Both the position numbers and the translations under genes were made by a program. A stretch of 63,740 nt of DNA, counting the filler. It is 5 parts of 5 records of this genome, joined end to end, with 100 filler letters (N's around TTAATTAATTAA, not from the genome) between each part and the next. Parts side by side here need not be neighbours in the genome. Positions count along the whole stretch, not along the records: positions 49,253 to 58,472 come from DRR723986_7194; positions 58,573 to 63,740 come from DRR723986_7399; 3 more parts are not named here. The stretch is one strand, 5' to 3'. This document shows, piece by piece, positions 55,911 to 63,740 of the stretch. Every line of letters starts with the position of its first letter. The stretch's first letter is position 1. The notes below the pieces were generated by a model. It searched no databases. It worked only from the letters and a program-made list of their open reading frames with translations, and was not told the origin of the DNA.

Positions 55911-56780
55911 ATGACACTTAAAATCGACAAACGATTCCGCGCCGCTCAATTCCGGACTCGGCTGGCCCGCGCCATGCAAGACAGCGCCACCAGCCAGAGC
56001 GCCCTCGCCCGTCAGGTCGGCGTGGATCGCTCGACCATCTCCCAGTTGCTGACCGATGACGGCGCACGCCTGCCCAATGCCCATGTGGTCGGCGCTTGCG
56101 CCGGTGCCCTTGGAGTGTCGGCGGATTGGCTGCTCAGCCTGTCAGACCGCCCAGAAAGCGCAGCCGAGTTGCTGGCCGGGTCCCTGTCCGTCACCGAAGC
56201 CCCCCGTGCCTTGGTGGATGAACGGATCTTTGATTGGCACCAAGAGGCGGCAGGATACAAAATCCGCTACGTGCCTGCGACCTTGCCGGACATGCTGAAA
56301 ACACGCGCATTGCTGGAATGGGAATACGCGCCACATCTGGGCCGCACTGCGGATCAGGCCATCGGCGCGTCCGAGGACCGCCTGACATGGATGCGCAGCG
56401 CCCAGTCCGACTATGAAATCGCTATGCCGCTCTTTGAAATCCACAGCTTCGTCCATGGCACCGGATATTATCAGGGCTTGCCGCTCGACATCCGGTTGGA
56501 ACAGATCGACCGCCTGCTCGCACTAAGCGAACAACTCTACCCTCGCCTCAGGATCTATCTGTTTGATGCCAAACGGCTCTATGCGGCACCCATCACGGTA
56601 TTCGGGCCGCTGTTGTGCGTATTCTATGCGGGGGGGCACTATATGGCGTTTCGGGATCGCGACAGGATTGAAACCTTTACGCGCCACTTTGATACATTGG
56701 TGCGTGAAGCTGATCTGACAGCACGCAATTTCCCCACGCACCTGCGCCACCTGCGCGCCAACATCGCGCCCGACTCATAA
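55911..56780 (+). CDS. XRE-family HTH transcriptional regulator
   Basis: SQSALARQVGVDRSTISQLL...LGVSADWLL plus a long C-terminal domain. Confidence 0.88.
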   Translation: MTLKIDKRFRAAQFRTRLARAMQDSATSQSALARQVGVDRSTISQLLTDDGARLPNAHVVGACAGALGVSADWLLSLSDRPESAAELLAGSLSVTEAPRALVDERIFDWHQEAAGYKIRYVPATLPDMLKTRALLEWEYAPHLGRTADQAIGASEDRLTWMRSAQSDYEIAMPLFEIHSFVHGTGYYQGLPLDIRLEQIDRLLALSEQLYPRLRIYLFDAKRLYAAPITVFGPLLCVFYAGGHYMAFRDRDRIETFTRHFDTLVREADLTARNFPTHLRHLRANIAPDS

Positions 56781-56782
56781 AA

Positions 56783-56808
56783 CACGCCCCCGGCTATACA
56801 GGGGCGTG
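56783..56808. terminator. Hairpin between convergent genes
   Basis: CACGCCCC/GGGGCGTG stem; T-tract on the minus strand. Confidence 0.6.
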
Positions 56809-56819
56809 CTCCAAAATCA

Positions 56820-57581
56820 TCAAACCTTAGGGTCCGGGTTCACGGTATGACCATCCACAGCGATCACCTGCCCTGACACCAGCCGCGCCCCGTCTGATGC
56901 CAAGAAAACGGCCATCGCCGCGATATCGCGCCCCTCGACAAAGCTGCCCATCGACGTGCCCGAGGCATAGCCCGCATAAACCTGATCACGGGTCATGCCC
57001 TTGGCGGCGGCTTCGCGCTCCATCACGCCTTCGATCCGGGGGCCTTCGACAGAACCGGGGCAGATCACATTGGACCTAATGCCATGCGGCCCCAGCTCCA
57101 TCGCGAGCGTTTTGCCCAATCCAACCATGCCCCATTTCGCCGCCGCATAAGGCGCACGATTGGGATAGCCGTATTGGCCCGCCGTGGACGACGTGATCAG
57201 GATCGCACCCGACTTTTGCGCCTTCATCATCGGGGCTGCGTATTTGGAACACAAAAACGCGCCTTCCAGATTGACCGACAAACACATGCGCCAATCGTCA
57301 AGCGAGACATCCTCGACCAAGGCCGTTGGCCCTGCGATCCCGGCATTGGCGCAGAGCACATCCAACCCGCCCCACTCGGCCGCGATCTCGGCAAACAGGG
57401 ACGCAACCGACCCCTCATCCGCAACATTCACTCGGCTGCGCTGCCACGTCTCAGGACAGGCCGCCAGCGCCGTATCGTCCACATCCGCGACCCAGACCTG
57501 TGCGCCCGCTTCGGCAAAGGCCTCGGCCATGGCGCGCCCAACTCCGGACGCGCCTGCCGTGATTAAAACCCGCTGGTTCAT
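56820..57581 (-). CDS. SDR family oxidoreductase
   Basis: TAGASGVG, ANAG, YAAAK. Confidence 0.93.
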   Translation of the reverse strand: MNQRVLITAGASGVGRAMAEAFAEAGAQVWVADVDDTALAACPETWQRSRVNVADEGSVASLFAEIAAEWGGLDVLCANAGIAGPTALVEDVSLDDWRMCLSVNLEGAFLCSKYAAPMMKAQKSGAILITSSTAGQYGYPNRAPYAAAKWGMVGLGKTLAMELGPHGIRSNVICPGSVEGPRIEGVMEREAAAKGMTRDQVYAGYASGTSMGSFVEGRDIAAMAVFLASDGARLVSGQVIAVDGHTVNPDPKV

Positions 57582-58471
57582 GCAGGTTTGCGGATCGCAT
57601 TGCCCGCCCCCTCAGGATACGGCAATGACGCCTGCGCCTCAGTCACACGCGCCAGCGCCGCTTCGATCGCTGCAGACGGCGCGCAGGGGCGGCGATTTTC
57701 CAGGCTCACGTGCAAAAGGAAACTTTCGCCGGTCGCAAGCAGCTTGTCGCCCTCAAACATCGAATGGAACAGATGCAGCTTTTTACCCGCACCCAGCAGC
57801 ATCTGCGTGCGCACCTCGATCTTCGCCCCAGCGTGCGTTTCGTCCAGATGGCGGATGTGCGTTTCGGCTGTGAAATAACTGCCCCCCGACGCGATATAGT
57901 CGGAATCACAGCCCACAATTTCCATGAACCGATCGGTCGAACAGGCAAAGGCATCCAAATACCGCGACTCGGTCATATGACCGTTGTAATCAGTCCAATC
58001 CAACGGCACCGCGCGGGCCAGCGTGCGGATCGGCTGGCTCAGGTCCGCCTCGTCCAACGTTGGCAACGCACCGGGTTTCAATGCCGCATCGTGTTTGTTC
58101 AGCACCGCACCCGCGCCATAATCCTGCACCTTCAACGCCCGCATCATCCCAACAAGGTTATTGTCGCGAATACGCTCCAGCTCGCGGATCGAATGCATGC
58201 CAGACTGCGCGTCCGACTGATCGGCGATCATATCAACCAGCTCATCTGTGAACTCGGGCACATCCATCAACTTGGTCCAAGGCCATTTCAACGCCGGGCC
58301 AAACTGAGCCATGAAATGGCGCATGCCTGCCTCGCCCCCCGCGACGCGATAGGTTTCAAACAATCCCATCTGCGCCCAGCGGATACCGAACCCCATTCGG
58401 ATGGCTTCGTCAATTTCAGTGGTGGTCGCAACACCATCCTTAACCAGCCACAGCGCCTCGCGCCAGACCGC
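57578..58471 (-). CDS. lcdH: Carnitine 3-dehydrogenase with C-terminal thioesterase domain, 5' partial
   Basis: WREALWLV, GIRWAQMGLFETY, WTKLMDVP; hot-dog motif DWTDYNGHMTE. Confidence 0.88.
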   Translation of the reverse strand, partial: AVWREALWLVKDGVATTTEIDEAIRMGFGIRWAQMGLFETYRVAGGEAGMRHFMAQFGPALKWPWTKLMDVPEFTDELVDMIADQSDAQSGMHSIRELERIRDNNLVGMMRALKVQDYGAGAVLNKHDAALKPGALPTLDEADLSQPIRTLARAVPLDWTDYNGHMTESRYLDAFACSTDRFMEIVGCDSDYIASGGSYFTAETHIRHLDETHAGAKIEVRTQMLLGAGKKLHLFHSMFEGDKLLATGESFLLHVSLENRRPCAPSAAIEAALARVTEAQASLPYPEGAGNAIRKPA

Positions 58472-58472
58472 C

Positions 58473-58572
58473 NNNNNNNNNNNNNNNNNNNNNNNNNNNN
58501 NNNNNNNNNNNNNNNNTTAATTAATTAANNNNNNNNNNNNNNNNNNNNNNNNNNNNNNNNNNNNNNNNNNNN
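58473..58572. other. Artificial contig spacer
   Basis: 100-nt N run containing TTAATTAATTAA. Confidence 0.99.
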
Positions 58573-58573
58573 C

Positions 58574-59332
<759 letters not shown>

Positions 59333-59344
59333 AAAGGCACCTGG

Positions 59345-60136
59345 ATGGACATTGATTTTCCACTGGTACTGGTGGTTCTGACTTTCGTGACCGGAGCGGT
59401 CTGGCTAGCGGACATCGCGTTCCTGAGAAAGCGTCGGCTTGCCGGCGCAGAGCAGGGTGGCCAGGTAGACGAATCAGCCGATGAGTTCGAGGACCGGGAA
59501 CCCTGGCTGGTGGATATCAGCCGCTCATTTTTCCCCGTGCTGGCGGTAGTCCTGGTGCTTCGGTCGTTCCTGATCGAGCCGTTCCAGATCCCCTCAGGCT
59601 CCATGTTGCCGACCCTCGAAGTGGGGGATTTTATCCTGGTCAACAAGTACGCCTATGGCCTGCGCCTGCCGGTGGCCGGTACCAAGATTGTTGAGATCGG
59701 CGATCCGGAGCGGGGTGATGTCATGGTGTTCCGCTATCCTGAGGATGGCACCACCAATTACATCAAGCGGGTTGTCGGCCTGCCGGGCGATCATATTCGT
59801 TACCGCAACAAGCAACTGTTCATCAATGATGAGCCGGTTCCCCGGGATTTCGTTGCGCGCTTGCCCCCCATGGAACGCTGGCGGGAACAGTTGGGTGAGG
59901 TTGAACATGATCTGTACCTGACCATGGGGCGGGTGAGCGGTTCCGGTGAGGGAGAATGGGTTGTTCCTGAAGGCCATTACTTTGTCATGGGCGATAACCG
60001 CGACAACAGTAACGACAGCCGTTTCTGGGGCACGGTGCCGGATGAGATGGTGGTGGGCAAGGCCTTTGCCATCTGGATGCACTGGAAATCACTGACAAGT
60101 CTGCCATCTTTTGATCGGGTGGGTGGCATCCAATAA
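59345..60136 (+). CDS. lepB: Signal peptidase I
   Basis: IPSGSMLPTL, YIKRVVGLPGD, GDNRDNSNDSR. Confidence 0.97.
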   Translation: MDIDFPLVLVVLTFVTGAVWLADIAFLRKRRLAGAEQGGQVDESADEFEDREPWLVDISRSFFPVLAVVLVLRSFLIEPFQIPSGSMLPTLEVGDFILVNKYAYGLRLPVAGTKIVEIGDPERGDVMVFRYPEDGTTNYIKRVVGLPGDHIRYRNKQLFINDEPVPRDFVARLPPMERWREQLGEVEHDLYLTMGRVSGSGEGEWVVPEGHYFVMGDNRDNSNDSRFWGTVPDEMVVGKAFAIWMHWKSLTSLPSFDRVGGIQ

Positions 60137-60162
60137 TTCTGATGGTTCCGGAGTATAAGACG

Positions 60163-60549
60163 ATGAGAAGACACTATCCCGCAGGCCTGAACACGCAGCA
60201 GGGCGGCGCTTTGACGATGATGATCATGGCTCTGTTCTTTGGTGGCCTGCTGACTCTGGCGATCGAGATCGGGCCGGCCTACCTGGATGACTTTACCATC
60301 CAGGAAGCTCTGGAAAGCCTGGATGGTACCGACGGCCTGTCACAGATGGGTCCGGCACAGGTGCGCAGCCTGATTAACAAGCGCCTGAGTGTGAATAACG
60401 TTGACGGTTTTGATCCAAAGAACATCTCCGTTGAAAAAAATGGCGAACTGGTCGTGATCAAGGTGGATTACGAGGTTCGCAATAACATCTTCCGGAACGT
60501 GGACACCGTTGTGCACTTCCAGCACGAGTATGAGTTTCAGGGCCAGTGA
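60163..60549 (+). CDS. DUF4845 family protein
   Basis: QQGG pilin-like N-terminus; YEVR; conserved position between lepB and rnc. Confidence 0.8.
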   Translation: MRRHYPAGLNTQQGGALTMMIMALFFGGLLTLAIEIGPAYLDDFTIQEALESLDGTDGLSQMGPAQVRSLINKRLSVNNVDGFDPKNISVEKNGELVVIKVDYEVRNNIFRNVDTVVHFQHEYEFQGQ

Positions 60550-61235
60550 GTTCACAACCAGACCTAGACCAACTTCAGCGCCGCATTGGCTACCAGTTCA
60601 AGGAACCGGAGCGGCTTCTGCTGGCGCTGACCCATCGCAGTTTTGGCAACCAGAATAACGAACGTCTTGAATTTCTGGGCGATTCTATCGTGAACATGGT
60701 GATCGCCGAGTATCTGTATCTTCATTTCGAGAAGGCCCGGGAAGGGCAGTTGAGCCGGCTTCGGGCCCGTATGGTCAAGGGGGTTACCCTCGCGGAGATC
60801 GGTCGTGAATTTCAGTTGGGCCAGTATCTGAGGCTCGGTTCGGGAGAGCTGAAAAGTGGTGGCTTCCGCCGTGAGTCCATTCTCGCCGATGCCGTGGAAT
60901 CCATTATCGGGGCCATTTATCTGGACAGCGACTTTCATACCTGTCGGGCTCAGGTGTTACGCTGGTTTGAACAGCGCTTGGCAAACCTGGATATTCAGGA
61001 CACCCAGAAAGATCCGAAAACCCGGTTGCAGGAGTACCTGCAGTCCAGGCAATTTCCGTTGCCGCGCTATGAAGTGATTTCCGTTGACGGCGAGGCCCAC
61101 AACCAGACTTTTCATGTCTCCTGCGCCTTGCCCTCGCTGGACCGTAAAACCACCGGCACTGGCAGTAGTCGACGTGTTGCTGAACAGCAGGCCGCCCGAA
61201 ATGCACTCAAGCAACTGGGTGTGGAGAATTCCTGA
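60546..61235 (+). CDS. rnc: Ribonuclease III
   Basis: NERLEFLGD; ds[11 protein letters not shown]. Confidence 0.98.
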   Translation: MSSQPDLDQLQRRIGYQFKEPERLLLALTHRSFGNQNNERLEFLGDSIVNMVIAEYLYLHFEKAREGQLSRLRARMVKGVTLAEIGREFQLGQYLRLGSGELKSGGFRRESILADAVESIIGAIYLDSDFHTCRAQVLRWFEQRLANLDIQDTQKDPKTRLQEYLQSRQFPLPRYEVISVDGEAHNQTFHVSCALPSLDRKTTGTGSSRRVAEQQAARNALKQLGVENS

Positions 61236-62152
61236 TGACTGATATTACCCGCCCGGAAAACCCGGAAAGCCGCTGTGGTTTCGTCGCCATTGTCGGCCGG
61301 CCGAATGTGGGCAAGTCTACACTGCTCAATCACATTCTTGGCCAGAAGCTGAGCATCACCTCACGGAAGCCACAGACCACCAGGCATCAGGTGCTCGGTA
61401 TCAAGACAGAGGGCCCGGTACAGGCCATTTATGTCGATACACCGGGCATGCATGAGGATGAGCCCCGAGCCCTGAACCGCTATATGAACAAGGCGGCCGC
61501 GTCCGCCCTTATCGACGTGGATGTGGTGGTCTTCGTGGTGGATCAGCTGGCGTGGACCAGCGCCGATGAGATGGTGCTGGAGAAGCTCAAGCGGGTGAAG
61601 TGCCCGGTTATTCTGGCGGTCAACAAAGTCGACAAGCTGGAGAAGCGGGAGCTGTTGTTGCCCCATCTGGAGGCTCTGTCCAAGAAGCGGGACTTTGCCG
61701 AGATCATTCCTCTTTCGGCACTGAAAGAGACCAATCTGGAGCCGCTGGAATCGGCTGTTGGCCGCTTCCTGCCCGAAAGTGTCCACTTCTACCCCGATGA
61801 TCAGATCACAGACCGCAGTGAACGCTTTATGGCGGCCGAAATGGTCCGGGAGAAAATCACTCGTCAACTGGGCGCTGAACTGCCGTATTCCGTGGCAGTG
61901 GAGATTGAAGAGTTCAAGCACCAGGGCAATACCCTGCATGTTTCGGCACTGATTCTGGTCGAACGGGAAGGCCAGAAGAAAATCATCATTGGCGATAAGG
62001 GTGAGCGCCTGCGTAGTATCGGTCAGGAAGCCCGGGTTGATATGGAGCGGATGTTCGGATCCAAGGTGATGCTCCGGCTCTGGGTCAAGGTCAAGCGAGG
62101 CTGGGCTGACAGCGACAGGGCTCTGAAAAGCCTGGGCATGAGCGATTTCTGA
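61235..62152 (+). CDS. era: GTPase Era
   Basis: [18 protein letters not shown] domain. Confidence 0.98.
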   Translation: MTDITRPENPESRCGFVAIVGRPNVGKSTLLNHILGQKLSITSRKPQTTRHQVLGIKTEGPVQAIYVDTPGMHEDEPRALNRYMNKAAASALIDVDVVVFVVDQLAWTSADEMVLEKLKRVKCPVILAVNKVDKLEKRELLLPHLEALSKKRDFAEIIPLSALKETNLEPLESAVGRFLPESVHFYPDDQITDRSERFMAAEMVREKITRQLGAELPYSVAVEIEEFKHQGNTLHVSALILVEREGQKKIIIGDKGERLRSIGQEARVDMERMFGSKVMLRLWVKVKRGWADSDRALKSLGMSDF

Positions 62153-62159
62153 GGCCGCC

Positions 62160-62900
62160 ATGAAGGGCGCGGTGCAGCAAGAGCCCGCTTATGTGGTCCA
62201 TCGGCGACCCTGGCGCGAAACCGCCTTGCTGGTGGATCTGTTTACTCTGAATCACGGCCGCATGAGTGTGGTTGCCCGAGGCGCCAACAGCACTAAGAGC
62301 CCGCTCAAGGCCCAGCTTCAGCCATTCCAGCCGTTATTAGTGGACTGGACCGGCAAAAGTGAGCTGAAAACCCTGGTGCAGCTGGAAGTGCGCAGTGCGC
62401 CAGCGGTCAGCCAACCCCGCGCGTTGTACAGTGGTTTCTACATTAATGAACTGGTTCAGCGGGTGTTACCGGTGGCCGATCCCTCCCCCGCGTTGTTTGC
62501 CAGCTACATTGAAACGCTGCAGGCCCTGGCGGATCTGTCTTCACAGGATGATGTGGAGCCGTTGCTGAGGCATTTTGAGCGCGCATTTGCCGCCTCGCTG
62601 GGCTACGATTTTGCCTGGGACGAAACCACGGATACAGGTATGCCTGTACAGGCAGGCGAGCTCTATGGCTACGATCCGGGCCAGGGCATCGTTTCCAATC
62701 TCGCGCCGGAGTTGCCATTGCGCCAATTGCCGGGTGAGGCATTGCTGGCACTGGCGGCCGGCGATTTCATGAGTGAAGCACCCCGTAAAACCGCCAAGCG
62801 CGTCATGCGGGTGCTGGTGGATTACCTTTTGCAGGGCCGGCCGCTGCACAGCCGTTCCCTGTTCAGTCATTCGAATCCGTCATCTGGGAGAGAATCATGA
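62160..62900 (+). CDS. recO: DNA repair protein RecO
   Basis: [25 protein letters not shown]. Confidence 0.95.
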   Translation: MKGAVQQEPAYVVHRRPWRETALLVDLFTLNHGRMSVVARGANSTKSPLKAQLQPFQPLLVDWTGKSELKTLVQLEVRSAPAVSQPRALYSGFYINELVQRVLPVADPSPALFASYIETLQALADLSSQDDVEPLLRHFERAFAASLGYDFAWDETTDTGMPVQAGELYGYDPGQGIVSNLAPELPLRQLPGEALLALAAGDFMSEAPRKTAKRVMRVLVDYLLQGRPLHSRSLFSHSNPSSGRES

Positions 62901-63631
62901 ATACCCGAGTCCTGCTTGGAGTGAATATTGATCATGTGGCCACCTTGCGTCAGGCCCGGGGCACCCGTTACCCGGACCCCGTGCAGGCGGCGTTGGTGGC
63001 GGAAGAAGCCGGTGCTGATGGCATCACCATTCACCCCCGTGAGGATCGCCGGCATATCCAGGACCGGGATGTGCTGCTGTTGCGGGAAGTACTGCAGACC
63101 AAAATGAATCTGGAAATGGCGGTGACCGACGCCATGCTGGCGTTCGCCGAGCAGGTGCGCCCGGAATGTGTCTGCCTGGTGCCGGAAAAACGCGAGGAGC
63201 TCACCACCGAAGGTGGACTGGATGTGGATGGCCAGGAAGAGCGCGTGGCCAAGGCCTGTGATCGTCTGGCAAAAATCGGCGCCGAGGTTTCGTTGTTTAT
63301 CGATCCGGACCCGGTACAGATCGACGCGGCGGTGCGCTGCGGTGCGCCGGTGGTTGAGTTGCATACCGGTGAATATGCCGAGGCCGGGGAACCCGAAGCG
63401 GTGGAAGCCTCATTCAAAGTGCTTGCCGATGCCGTGGCCTATGCCCGCAAGAAGGGGCTGATTGTGAATGCCGGCCATGGTCTGCATTACCACAACACCG
63501 AGCGGGTGGCCGCTATCCCGGGTATCAATGAACTGAACATCGGCCATGCGATCATCGCCCGTGCCGTCTTTACCGGCCTGAAAGATGCGGTCCGGGACAT
63601 GAAGGCGATTCTTGACCGGGCCAGGGCCTGA
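62897..63631 (+). CDS. pdxJ: Pyridoxine 5'-phosphate synthase
   Basis: [31 protein letters not shown]. Confidence 0.98.
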   Translation: MNTRVLLGVNIDHVATLRQARGTRYPDPVQAALVAEEAGADGITIHPREDRRHIQDRDVLLLREVLQTKMNLEMAVTDAMLAFAEQVRPECVCLVPEKREELTTEGGLDVDGQEERVAKACDRLAKIGAEVSLFIDPDPVQIDAAVRCGAPVVELHTGEYAEAGEPEAVEASFKVLADAVAYARKKGLIVNAGHGLHYHNTERVAAIPGINELNIGHAIIARAVFTGLKDAVRDMKAILDRARA

Positions 63632-63638
63632 TCAACAG

Positions 63639-63740
63639 TCAGGTGGTTTCCGGCTGGCGCTGCTGTTCCCGGAACAGTTGCTGCCAGTCGGTCTGCTCAC
63701 TCCAGATTTGCAGCCGCTCCATGGCCGAAATCAGTTGATC
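63639..63740 (-). CDS. 3' end of a convergent gene, possibly BarA/GacS by synteny
   Basis: ...DQLISAMERLQIWSEQTDWQQLFREQQRQPETT*; identity inferred from gene order only. Confidence 0.45.
   Translation of the reverse strand, partial: DQLISAMERLQIWSEQTDWQQLFREQQRQPETT

Noticed and set aside
57578-58471. Dehydrogenase-thioesterase fusion
   Set aside because: Known architecture of alphaproteobacterial carnitine dehydrogenases

Overview
The window is five unrelated contigs joined by 100-nt N spacers that carry a TTAATTAATTAA all-frame-stop linker. Taxonomic labels below are inferred from gene content and order. (1) 1-28986: betaproteobacterial (Limnobacter/Burkholderiaceae-like) Fur-controlled iron island with an imelysin/di-heme oxidoreductase/imelysin/DUF1513 operon, hemP, three TonB-dependent receptors, a PepSY module, bfr/bfd and tonB-exbBD. 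It also holds an atypical PQQ-dehydrogenase homolog, a fused pentaheme cytochrome c, an orphan nucleotidyltransferase-fold gene, pgi/gluconolactonase/hexR and a hybrid kinase. (2) 29087-39775: FCB-group-like glycan synthesis and housekeeping genes. (3) 39876-49152: a complete type III-D-like CRISPR effector operon (HD-less AGDD Cas10, Cas7, Cas5-Cas11 fusion, Cas7-Cas7 fusion, Csx19, Cas7-insertion) between two CRISPR arrays with different but structurally related repeats. No cas6, cas1/2 or signalling effector is on the contig. (4) 49253-58472: Roseobacter-group genes (prfC, GT2, DEAD helicase, desaturase/XRE cluster, carnitine dehydrogenase). (5) 58573-63740: Marinobacter-like lepA-lepB-rnc-era-recO-pdxJ. 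The best candidate for a novel system is the type III-D variant; next are a putative HemP-responsive AGCCAG leader motif, the catalytically rewired PQQ protein and the orphan nucleotidyltransferase. All calls come from motif recognition by eye; no searches were run.
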